A stretch of DNA of 64,000 nucleotides from Carpediemonas membranifera BICM. Its lineage: Eukaryota; Protista; Fornicata. Under the pieces are notes generated by a model that had not been told where the DNA came from, did no database searches, and saw only the letters and a program-made list of their open reading frames with translations. Positions 40,239 through 51,054 of the stretch are shown here, one piece after another; the stretch's first letter is position 1; the number at the start of each line of letters is the position of its first letter. The stretch spans positions 1-64,000 of the forward strand of contig JAHDYR010000053.1 in assembly GCA_019828565.1 (NCBI GenBank), in the 5' to 3' direction. The position numbers and the translations under genes were made by a program.

Positions 40239-43118
40239 TCGTTTATTGCCTTTTGGACGAACTGTATTGCGAGCGGCGAGGCGCAGCCGAGCTTCGCGAG
40301 CCTGAGCGCAGCGAAGACGTCACTCTAGTGGTCAGTATGTCGGGTTTGAGGCACTGCTCGCTCCGAAATCTCCCTTTCGACTCTCCACTCAGTCACAACG
40401 AACGCGAACGCGAATAACGCGCAGATCACGCTCAAAGTACAGAAACAACATCAGTATTAGTGGTTGAGGCCATTAGCCTCAGCTTGACGGTGCGCAGCAT
40501 CCGCCTGGCGCATGAACGCATGGAACACATGAACTTGCTGCCGCATACAGGCCATCATGACCGCGTCGGCAATCTGCCCAACAGTTTCGGCATCAAGGCC
40601 CAAAACGTCGCGCATCTCATCGGTACATCCTCTCCCATGCACAGCACCAACACCACCACTCTGGCGAACGACCACGGGAATAACCCGGACGTTCCAGTTG
40701 GCGTACTGCTCCTTCTTGCTCCGCATAGATGCAGACGCGTGATTGCTCACCACTACGTCAAGCACAACGGGTTCGGTATGGCCCGGTCTGGTCAAGAGGA
40801 GGTCCGCCCGCGCCTTGACCCGTTTGGTCCGGTCCACAGTCCACTCGCTGCCCCGTCCGAGCCAATGCTCAACTCTTACGCGCCAGGGGTGCCCGCGCAG
40901 CAGTTTGGCGAGCGTGTCGCGAATTTGGTCGTGCCGCTCCGATCCCAGCCCCTCCCTCAGGAAGGGACAGGTAAGAGAATGCTCGGCTGAGCAGGGGACA
41001 GACCGGTGGTTAACACTACGGGCCAGGCATAGCGGACAGACGTCGTGGCCTGTCTCAAAGGCAGGAAGGCCGACATGGTTGCGAAGCATCGGTGCAGCAC
41101 CCTCGTCACAGGGGTTACGACCCATAGCGGCTGCATCAGCCGCGAGTAGAGACCTGATCACGTTTGGCGAGTCGACTGAAACAGTCAGTTGGCTGGAAAT
41201 GTTATCCTGCAGGAGGCGTACCAACTTCTTCTGCGTGCTCTCGAGTGAGAGCTTTCTGACATCGCCATATGATGTCGGCCAATCCTTGGGCGTCGCGGCG
41301 AGAGCCGGGATGCATGGCAGTGCGTCTTGGATGAGAGCCTCGGGCCTTTCGACCTTCAGCTCTATGAGTTGTCGTGCGGCACCCAGATAGGCTGGGGCCC
41401 ACACAACAGAGGGCATGGCCAATCCGAGCCCGCCTTGACTGACCGGCAGACAGAGCCTTGCGGCGAAGTCCTTGTCAGTCTCTGCGCTGGACTGGAGCAG
41501 CTTCAGGATGGCGGGGACCACCTTCTGCTGTTCGAAGTCCAGTTGCGACTCGAACATGTCACCCCCGCCCGGCGAAACATTGCGGAAGAAGTGCTCCCAC
41601 TTGGTGAGGGCACACAGTTTCGTCACTAGGAGGGCAGGGGCGACGGCTTCCGCGCCAATGTCAGAGACCATCGATGCAGCAGCGTCAAGCAGCTCCATAA
41701 CCTTGCGGTTAGCAGAGCCTAGCTCCCGCATGATGTGCGTGGCGGAGCCGATTGGAACACCAACCAGCTTGGTATCGCGTCTCCGTGGGACGCCACCAGT
41801 TGTGTTGCCGTCAACGACATCCTTATGGGCTAGCACGCACTTGGCACGGTTGAGGCGGAGGCCAACCTCGTTGAACTTCTGAGCGGCGAGTTCTGTGAGA
41901 TTGTTGGCCTCACGGCCGACCCCAGGCGACTGTAGCGGGCGGGTAGTGGTGGCTACAATGTCATCCTGGTAGGCACGGATGCACCACCCAGGGAAAGCCT
42001 CGCGCAAGACGTCCAGAATGGGCTTAACGCCTAAGCTGAAAAGAATTGGCGAGAGCGGGTCCCCTTGGTGAATGCCTTCAGCCGACCTCATGGTGATGCC
42101 GGAGGTAGAGAAAAGTAAGCCCCGTCGGTACATGGTCGACAGGTATGGGATGAGCGCCGGCATGTAGGCCGCCACCACCTTCATGGCGAAGGCCCTCGAC
42201 AAGCATCCATAGGCGTTGGAAAGGTCGAGTGTGAGCACTGTACCGCCACTTCGGTAGACTGCACTCACCTCCTCTCCCAACCTCTCCAAGCCGCACTTCT
42301 CACCTACTCCGAACTGGTCCTTCAGGGCACGATCGACGTCAACCAGCCGCTTACGGACGGACCAGGCGAGTGCCTTTGCCGCCACACGGCGAATAGAGTC
42401 GCCGATCGCGACCCCTCGGACCTTCCCTTCACCTTTCGGCACAGGGACGAGAATGCAATGACTGAACACATCAGTGTAAGCTTCTCCGTTCAGGATGTCC
42501 TGAACCAGCGGGAGCAGAGCCTGGACTAGTTCGCGCCTTGATGTCTTGTAGGCGATCTTCAGGTGAAGGAACGATAGCCCGGAGGGCCCCGGGGCCGCCT
42601 CAGACTTGAGTGTGTTGAGGATGGTCTTCAGAGTCTTAGAGGAAACTTCGACACACTGCAGGGGGTTCTCGGGGACGTCTCGCATGGGGACGTCGGGACA
42701 AAGCCCGTTGAACCCAACCTGGAGGTCCCGCAGTTGAGCGTCGATTTCAGTCGGTGTCAGGTCAGTCTCATTGGCTACCATGGACGTGGCGGCCTTCGAG
42801 ACAAACCCGTGGCGAATCAGGTTCAGCGTCCGACGCCACTTGCTCGCGCTAGCGCGTCGTCCGCCTCGGTCCGACGGCGGTGCGTACAGCGTCTTGGGGT
42901 AGTCTACAACCTTAAGAGCCTCAGCCCGCTTGGCGTCGTCACCTGTCGCGTTGTTCACCTCCCTCAATCGTTCAATAAGGCCTCGTGTGAACTTCTCGCG
43001 CCCGCGCTTGGGCGGAGCGATCTTTCCGAGGAACAAGGCCTGACCCGGGGGAAGGAAGACATCGGGTCGATGAGCAGGGGTAGTGGGAGGTGCTGATGGC
43101 GGGGTTAGGGGGAAACCA
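40239..43118 (-). mobile_element. Family B copy 2, lacking ~560 bp of its 5' end (ORF 40457..43036)
   Basis: Near-identical to B1 up to GGGGGAAACCA (43118), then unrelated sequence; no closing 12-mer. Confidence 0.9.
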
Positions 43119-43136
43119 CATACTGTGAAAGTCGGC

Positions 43137-43192
43137 AGATAATCTACGATTTTTTCTAGATAATCTAGGGCCTAAAAACCCTAGATTATCTA
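43137..43192. repeat. Iterated AGATAATCTA motif with a perfect 14-bp inverted repeat
   Basis: TAGATAATCTAGGG (43157-43170), 8-nt loop, CCCTAGATTATCTA (43179-43192); a further direct copy at 43137. Confidence 0.85.
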
Positions 43193-44195
43193 CGGTTGCA
43201 AGAAAAAATGAACTCGACGATGAGCCGGAGCTGGATCTTCAAAGTGGTATGGTAGTACTTGGCTATACCTAAGCAATACGCATGCGCAGTATCAAACTTT
43301 AAATCCTGCTAGAAAAAAGTAACATAGGGACAAATTGGAATTGAGAGTTGAGACTCAAAAAACGGGCAGGGGGGAGGAAATGGTCCATAGGTACGCCTTA
43401 TGGGTCGCTTCCTCCCCTCTGCCCCTTTTTTAATCGCAAAATCGATTTGCCGGATTTGACACACGTTTGATGTGATCAAAATGGATTTGATAGACATGGG
43501 TCCAGATCATGCAGTTGGCCATCCTGAAGCGCTAGGGCGGCCTGCAGACCGCAGCAATGCCTCTGCTGAATGCCCTTCATGCCTGACGGACAGGACGCGC
43601 GTTGACTATAAAGGACTGCATGTTTCGGCATCAGAAGAAGGTGTGGAATACAACGGAGTCATCGCCGAACCGCTCCGACCAAGTCGGTTATTAGGACATC
43701 GCGTTCAGACGCCCTCTGCAATTACCAAGTCAATAGATGGGAGTCGACCTGATCAGCACGTCATTTGGGGCCTCAGGTGACCCTATAGCTGAGTTTGGCT
43801 GGGCGCTGCTGCGGCCATGGGCCGCTAGTGCCCTTACTGGCTCGTTTCTCCTCGTATAGCGGCCGTAGAGGTCTGATCTGAGCCTCGTTATAATAGTCTG
43901 CCCGAGTAGAGTCCAGCCATACCATAAATGTCCCCCAATCTCCCCCTCCCGGTCGCTCATACCTCCAAAATGGCCTATATTCCCTGTAGGGAGATTAATA
44001 AGGGCGGATTTCCCATAAGTCGTGGCATAGAGGGAAGAGACTTTGTACACAGCCTCCAGATCGTGGGTTCAATTTTCACCGGGAGCAATATGCTCTTTTT
44101 GGCAGACAACGCCGCTCCGAGCTCTATCGCGCCCAGCGGTGCCTGCAGCGGCCAGAACAGAGCTAGAATTCGGGTGATTTTTAATCTCGATCGAA

Positions 44196-44858
44196 ATGCT
44201 GCTGAAGCACGCTCTAGAGGGACTGAAGCGCTCTACGAAGGAGCAATACAAGCAGACATATCAAAAACTGTGCGTTTACCTTGAGTGCGACGATGAGGAT
44301 GCTGATGTTGTTATTATCACAGAGATCCGACAAAATAGTGACGTATTCGAACAGTTTCTGGACTCTCTGTCCTTCTGTTGCCGTTTTGGACGGTACAAGT
44401 CCATCTCGATGCCTCAACAGGCTCTCGTTCGCCTTCTTCGCACTGCTGGTGCCGAAACCGACCTAATTTGCAGGATAAGGACTCACACGCTTCCGGCACG
44501 CCAGGTGCTGACTGAGGAAGAGTACGACAAGCTCACGGGTGCTCTGAAGTACGACATTGCCGAGTCCCACCGTCAGCTCGCCCTAGTCGTTGCTCTCTGC
44601 CGGCTGGGATCGTATGTCGCAGACCTACGTGACTTAGACCTACCCGCGCTACAGGAGTTGATGCAAGAGGCTGCCGTGGATCACCCTGCCTTTGAGACCC
44701 TTATCTGGATGTCCAAGGACCTTGATTCGCTCTGGGGTAGTCCCCCCATGACAGTCAGGCACGCGAACCGTATCCTGCACGAAGCGGGGATGCAGAGTCT
44801 GAAAAGACCCATCTCCCTGTCCGATCTGGATACCCCTGACGACAGATGGAATGACTGA
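44196..44858 (+). CDS. Degenerate tyrosine-recombinase-like protein (catalytic residues apparently lost)
   Basis: LKRSTKEQY (core-binding start), VLTEEEYDKL, LALVVALCRLGSYVADLRDLDL (G-x-R-x-x-E-L box with R replaced by Y), ISLSDL in place of H-x-L-R; ends before the Tyr region. Confidence 0.45.
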   Translation: MLLKHALEGLKRSTKEQYKQTYQKLCVYLECDDEDADVVIITEIRQNSDVFEQFLDSLSFCCRFGRYKSISMPQQALVRLLRTAGAETDLICRIRTHTLPARQVLTEEEYDKLTGALKYDIAESHRQLALVVALCRLGSYVADLRDLDLPALQELMQEAAVDHPAFETLIWMSKDLDSLWGSPPMTVRHANRILHEAGMQSLKRPISLSDLDTPDDRWND

Positions 44859-44890
44859 AGCTGTAAACATATCCATTGACTCTGAATCTT

Positions 44891-45820
44891 TTATTTCTCC
44901 ATCTGCGAGTTAAGCCAGGCCACTGCCTTTCCCGTCAAATATACCTTACGTGTGTCGTGCGCCTTCTTTGTTGCTCTTGCGGCTGAAGCATCAACAGTGG
45001 CCTGCTTCAACAAATCTCGGCAGCTAGACTTCGGCGTCTTGGTGCCACGTCGCGTGCAGGCCCACTCTCTATCGTCCACGGACTCACCACACACAACGCA
45101 TGACCCTGCGAATACGGTCGGTGGCTTCTCCTTCAGCTTCTGTCGAAGCAGATCGCACATCGCGGTCTTGACGACGCGTCGAGATAATTCATCCGTGCGC
45201 AGGGTACTAACAGGCTCAACCAAGAGCTCTGTCTGAGTAGACGCCTCCTCTAGGTCTCGCACAGTCTGAGTCTCTGCATGCTCACCCTGTGGCGAAAACT
45301 GCTGGCATTTTCCCACCATCCTCGGCTTATCAGGATCAGGACCCAGCGCAGTCATGTAAACAGGTACCTCAACCCGCTTCTCGACTATCTTGACAGGCTG
45401 GGAGCCCCTGCGGGAAGGGGCTTGCGGGTGAACTCGCGTCCTGGTCGGCCCCCCGTTCGCCTCGTTGTGCAGAGCCTCCATGAAGGCATTGAAGCCGTCA
45501 TCACGGCCCACCTTCTGCGTCACAAACGACATGACGCATGTGACCGACATCTCAAAGGATGCAAAATCGGCAGCACTGGAAACATCGCGATTGTGGCAGA
45601 TTGAGTTTCGAGCTGCCAACAGCTCGCGTATATGTCTCTTATCAGCGTGGTGAAGATCAGGAACACGATGTAGGATCGCTTGCAAAAGCATAGCCGGATC
45701 CATCTCGCCACCGTCACCACGGTACCTCGCGATGTACTCCTGCAGCTTCGGAATCATCCTCAGTAGCGCTTCAAACATCATGCTGGCGTATCCTGCTGAA
45801 TCCTTCGCCCCAGAGCTCAT
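44891..45820 (-). CDS. HEPN-like (Swt1-type) domain protein with C-terminal Cys cluster
   Basis: DPAMLL...ELLAARNSICH (R-x4-H) in a helical N-terminus; CVVC...C...C near the C-terminus. Confidence 0.55.
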   Translation of the reverse strand: MSSGAKDSAGYASMMFEALLRMIPKLQEYIARYRGDGGEMDPAMLLQAILHRVPDLHHADKRHIRELLAARNSICHNRDVSSAADFASFEMSVTCVMSFVTQKVGRDDGFNAFMEALHNEANGGPTRTRVHPQAPSRRGSQPVKIVEKRVEVPVYMTALGPDPDKPRMVGKCQQFSPQGEHAETQTVRDLEEASTQTELLVEPVSTLRTDELSRRVVKTAMCDLLRQKLKEKPPTVFAGSCVVCGESVDDREWACTRRGTKTPKSSCRDLLKQATVDASAARATKKAHDTRKVYLTGKAVAWLNSQMEK

Positions 45821-46080
45821 ATCGGTTTCTTCAGAACGAAATTCTAAAGAAATGTTCGGTGGTAAGTGAGATCACTGCGCGTCTAGAGACAGCAGAAACG
45901 TAACCTACAGCCCATATTGATGTGGGCTGGGCGTTGCTTCAACTGATAAATGCCACATTTCTCTGTTTACATGGTAAGGTAACACGTGAGTGCTTTGTAC
46001 TGGCATACTTAAAGGCAAGGTAAGGTTGGCGGACGTAGTATCACCCGTGGCGCTTGACTATCACTCAATCAGACAGATAT

Positions 46081-46736
46081 TTATTTCTTCGTGGATACCT
46101 TGTCGAAGAACTGCAATGCCAAGGTCAACTTGCCTTCCTTCGTCATCTCTTTGTCGGTCAGCAGTGTCTCGAAGTCAGCGACAACGAGAGGCCGGCAAGC
46201 AAAGGGGTCAGCCCAATAGTCATCTTCGTAGGCGACCGAGAGGAACTCAAACGGACGAATGTCAACGCTTGCTTCATATACAATGACAGGCAAGACTGCA
46301 TCCTCCACACAAACATGGCACAGAAGAGCACTGACATTGTGGTACTAAATAATTGGGGGAGAGGCATGTTACAAACAGCAGAGTTGTCGTTCACCGTGTG
46401 GACTCCAAGCTTGCCCATCAGTGAAGACGCATCCATAGCGAACTTCGTCGTGCCAACGCGAGTGCAGTACGTGGGGTCATCCGGCTGGAAGTCGATCAGT
46501 CGGCCGCAGTACAGGCCGATGATGCTCTTCGCAGGGATTTCGGCACGAGACGCGATGCCCTTGCCAGCGGTGCCTCCATATAGCGTGCGCTGATCAGTCA
46601 TGTACAGCTGTACGCTCTTGGAGACACCGTTGGCCGCTATCGTGATGTCCCGGTCCAGGAACGAGCTACCCTCCTGCTTCCAGTCAATATCCTTCAAGTC
46701 TGCCGGTATTTTTGTCAAACAGCAGCTCATAGTCAT
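46081..46736 (-). CDS. SET-domain protein (putative lysine methyltransferase); 32-nt intron 46345-46376
   Basis: GKGIASRAEIPAKSIIGLYCGRLI, MDA, HTVND. Removing GTTTGT...TTTAG joins this in frame to YHNV...ASVDIRPFEFLSVAYEDDYW. Confidence 0.75.
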
Positions 46737-48303
46737 GACGAGACATGCTAGAACCCTCCGAGGGGATTACGATCGTTTCTTCCGACATCGTTCTCAGAAT
46801 TCGACCCGTTTATAAATCAATAATAAGCAAGCTAAGCTGCAGCTCAGGCACCCTCCATGCGCTCGTTCCCTGGCATCTTGGCCCGCGGCCTCTTCAGCGG
46901 CGTTTCGGCCCCTCTCGTAAATCGAGAGGTCTTCTTGATGTTGTTACTGTCTCTGTGCTCCCATTGCTTGCCAGTCTCATTGTAGTGTTAAGTTAGTGCC
47001 AAATGGTCTTTATTGCTGTTCGCTCGCATTAATACGGAAGAGAAAGAATGATGATGTTGATTAGCTTGCGGGGAAAGGCATTACCGGACATTTGACGCGC
47101 ACAACCTGCTTAATACTGCATAAAAGCATCGCTGATCGCTTTCTCTTCTGTTCTTCAACGCCCAAGGAGCGGCTTCCAGGTCGGCAACGGTTGCCGACCT
47201 GGACCCGTGCAGTTTATGCTTTTTCGGCCAACCGACGAAGTCAAGCTTGGCCAAGACACATACTGTGTACACGGACCCTGGCAGGCTAGTTACGCCGCTC
47301 AGCCTCTGCATCCAGTTGATAATCACTCGCCATTTACTTCTGGTGCTTTTCCTGCTCTCTCTTCTCCATCACGTCGTCATACTCGGCCCTCGTCAGCCTC
47401 ACAGTTGTCATCCCGGCATCACGGATGTGCTCAAAGGCCTCAACGGGCAGCTTCGGCATCCCGTCCTCGCTGTCGCTGCTGCTGCCCAAGTCTGACTCGC
47501 TCTCGTGATAGCGGCGAAGGCGAATGCGTCTGCTGGGCTCCCTGGTCTTCATAGCGTCATAGAGCGGAGCGAGCCCACTTCCATTGGCCCCGCTACGGAC
47601 ACCCTCATCGGTATCTCTCTCAGACATATCACACTCAACCTGTTGTGACTGAACAAATGACAGGTTGTCGACGAGGCTATCCTCGGCATCGCTGTCTGAA
47701 CTCTCCTCATCCTCCCACTCTCCTTCCAGCATCTCCAACCCGGCCTCATCGTCAAACTCGCCCTCCACTGCGGTCTCCGGCATCTCTGCCTCGCCAGCTG
47801 TCTCGTCAAACAGCGCCTCATCGTCAGACTCACCCTCCCCCGTGTCGACCCCCATCGGGATTACGCTGGTCGTGGAGCTGGACCATCCTCATCCTGAGCT
47901 TTTTGTAAAGCCACCAGGTCGGCAGAGCTTAAGGTAATCCTGGCGCCCTCATCCTGGCGCCTCATCCCTGGCGCCGTCATCCCTGGCGTCCTCTCCCTCA
48001 TAAATCTGAATCATCTTCTTGTCTTGCTCCCGATGTTGTCATTGCTGTTTTCGTGTCCACAAGCATTCCAGTCTCATTATAATGTTTATTCAGTACCAAA
48101 TCATCCTTTAGTGACGGGCATTCTCATCTGCATTGCCGAGAAAAAGAGTTGATGTTGATTAGATGGTGACGAATGCATTACCGGACATTTGACGCGCACA
48201 ACCTGCTTAATACTGCATAAAAGCATCGCTGATCGCTTTCTCTTCTGTTCTTCAACGCCCAAGGAGCGGCTTCCAGGTCGGCAACGGTTGCCGACCTGGA
48301 CCC

Positions 48304-49315
48304 GTGCAGTTTATGCTTTTTCGGCCAACCGACGAAGTCAAGCTTGGCCAAGACACATACTGTGTACACGGACCCTGGCAGGCTAGTTACGCTGCTCAGA
48401 CTATGTCTAGAGACGTTCGGCTGGGCTCTGCACGGATGGAAATGAACACTATCACGTCAAGCACCCAACAGCAAGAGACAACGGCTTTTAAGGAAGCTTT
48501 TGAGCTCTTTATGGACAAGTACTCGCTATTCACAATCAGTAGGCTTTAACGAGGGCGAGAATAACGGTAACACAGCCAAAATCAGGGCCGATGTCCGCAG
48601 CTCGTTCTTTTCCGCTTGGCTATGCACTCAGTGTGGCAGTAAGTGGATGATGGAGAGAACGAACAGCCTTCTTGTGTCGTTCTCGGGCTCTGTGGCAGTC
48701 GACATTCAGACGACAGTCTTCGCAGGTTTCGGTGCTGGTGATCCGTCGTCAATGTCGATCGACACCACCCTCGCACTGCTCAAAGACGTGCAGGACTTGG
48801 TTGTTTGGTGTGACATTGCTGCTAAGGTGAGGCGCATGAGACTACCGAGCGACAAGGTCAGGAAGGCGTGCATTACCATCGCACCGACGAGTGTGGCCAA
48901 GAGGGCTTACGCAATCGTCAGCCATCCTACTGCTTTCACGGTCTGGTGGGAGCACTATGCCCTTCGCAAGATTTCTCCTGAAGTCTTCAAGGACTTTATT
49001 GACTGGGCCAACTTTACGAGCACAGCCGATCTCGTCACTGGAGAGGTGACTGCTGTTCAGCTCACTGACACTGTGATGCACTATGCCATAGACTCTATCT
49101 CCAAGTTTGAGTCCGGCTATCACCTCACCAAGTGGGAGGAGCCGTGGGTGACCAGAACTTGGCAGAAACCGTGCGAGGCGACTGCAGACGCCAAACAAAA
49201 CAATCTGGTCGAAAACAAAACTACTCGCAGCTGGTATTGTCCGCAGCCTTCGCCTCAGGCTCGAAAGCTGTTGGAGCAGTTTACCCGTAGCTCCTTTACT
49301 CGGTTTGGTAAGTAA
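48304..49315 (+). CDS. Hypothetical protein, W copy 1 (1-bp insertion at ~48548)
   Basis: Matches ORF 51055..52065 except TTTAAC versus TTTAC. Confidence 0.5.
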
Positions 49316-49339
49316 CACTGATAAATCAATGGATATAGT

Positions 49340-50620
49340 TTACTCGTCAGGCTCTTCGACCTGAGGAACTGCCCCAGTTGAGACAACTTCCTCATCAGCT
49401 GTTCCAATCGCCTTATAAATGACAACTCTTCTGTCATCGCCCTCAAACTTCTTCTGGATGAGCGTGGTGAGGGACGAGTCATCCTCGGCAGGGGTGTCAA
49501 GCAAAAGATTCTTCAGACCAACATCCATGACAACGTTGGTGTAAGCGATGGTGTCAGGCAGACAGTGGCTCGAGAGCAGGTCCCAGAAGAGATTGGGGAA
49601 GAGAATCATGTATCTCACCACGAGAATATAGTGTCGCGTGACGGTCCCAGGGTCGATGAACAACATCGTTGCCATGGAGTCACAAATCGACTTGACCATG
49701 CCGGCGTACGTCGCCCTGTAATTCCACACCTTCCGAGTTCCATCGATAAGTTCTCTGGTGGGTCGCATCAAGGCCTCGCTAACCCTAGCCTGCAGTACCT
49801 CCAGCTGCTCGGTCGGGACGATGCAGTCGTCGATGGCCACACCGTCATTCTCCAGCTCATTGTAGAGCTCCATCTGATATGCCACCCATGCGATGTTGCA
49901 GATGCGCTCGACACTCTGGACCCTCTCATTCCGAATGACCGACTTCAGGTCCGACTTGGATATAAACTTCAGCTCCCTGGCGCCGGCTGCCTCAAGCTTG
50001 GTGGAACTAGCCCACGAGCTTAGGAACTGCTCCACATCAATCTCACTGGTAAGGAAAGGAAGCTTGCGCTTCGGCGCCTTGGCGCGGGCAGTGGGAGTTA
50101 TGGCGGATGCGGATGCACCAGTGTCGGCGATGGCCACAGACGAGCTACCAACAGAGCCAGAAGAAGCTGCCTCGGCGAGGGACATGGAAGGGACAGCCGA
50201 GCGGGTGCCAGAGCACGGTTCATCGGCTGAAAGCTGTCTGGCAGCAGAACCGGTGGGAGATGGGCCGGCGAGGGATATAGCGGCGTCGCCAGCTGCGCGC
50301 CTGGCTGCGCGCAGGGCTCGGTCTGAAGGCTTGGCAGGAGAACTAGAATCGACTTGCTCTGCGCAATCGGCGGAGCGAAAGCGCTTTTCAGCAGGTTGCG
50401 GAGCTGCCTTGCGCACAATGGGCTCATCGCGTTCCTCTAACACGTTAGAATCTGGAACAAGCTCAAGAGCGGCGCGAAAGAGCTCCTCGGCACGTCCACG
50501 GGCGGAATCGTTGAAACGGTTGACAACGAGGACCGATTTCTCAGATAACTTGTCCCGTCGCATACGATAGGACGTACCAGTGAGGCAGTGAAGCTCCTGA
50601 AGCATGTAATTGCTTTCCAT
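49340..50620 (-). CDS. Hypothetical 426-aa protein, W copy 1
   Basis: Long ORF with an Ala/Ser-rich linker and a helical C-terminal domain; duplicated at 52090..53370. Confidence 0.6.
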   Translation of the reverse strand: MESNYMLQELHCLTGTSYRMRRDKLSEKSVLVVNRFNDSARGRAEELFRAALELVPDSNVLEERDEPIVRKAAPQPAEKRFRSADCAEQVDSSSPAKPSDRALRAARRAAGDAAISLAGPSPTGSAARQLSADEPCSGTRSAVPSMSLAEAASSGSVGSSSVAIADTGASASAITPTARAKAPKRKLPFLTSEIDVEQFLSSWASSTKLEAAGARELKFISKSDLKSVIRNERVQSVERICNIAWVAYQMELYNELENDGVAIDDCIVPTEQLEVLQARVSEALMRPTRELIDGTRKVWNYRATYAGMVKSICDSMATMLFIDPGTVTRHYILVVRYMILFPNLFWDLLSSHCLPDTIAYTNVVMDVGLKNLLLDTPAEDDSSLTTLIQKKFEGDDRRVVIYKAIGTADEEVVSTGAVPQVEEPDE

Positions 50621-51054
50621 GTCGATTCCAGCAATGCGCGAAGAACAAGAACCTTGGGAACAACCATGGGAGCACCAGACGTACTGTTTACGAAGGAAGA
50701 TGGTAGGCCAGGGTCCCCGGTCGATTCACCATGGCCTCTTCAGCGTCCTCATAAATCTGAATCATCTTCTTGTCTTGCTCCCGATGTTGTCATTGCTGTT
50801 TTCGTGTCCACAAGCATTCCAGTCTCATTATAATGTTTATTCAGTACCAAATCATCCTTTAGTGACGGGCATTCTCATCTGCATTGCCGAGAAAAAGAGT
50901 TGATGTTGATTAGATGGTGACGAATGCATTACCGGACATTTGACGCGCACAACCTGCTTAATACTGCATAAAAGCATCGCTGATCGCTTTCTCTTCTGTT
51001 CTTCAACGCCCAAGGAGCGGCTTCCAGGTCGGCAACGGTTGCCGACCTGGACCC

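Noticed and set aside
43117-43127. CACATACTGTG also occurs inside repeat R
   Set aside because: Only 11 nt with no flanking similarity; chance cannot be excluded.
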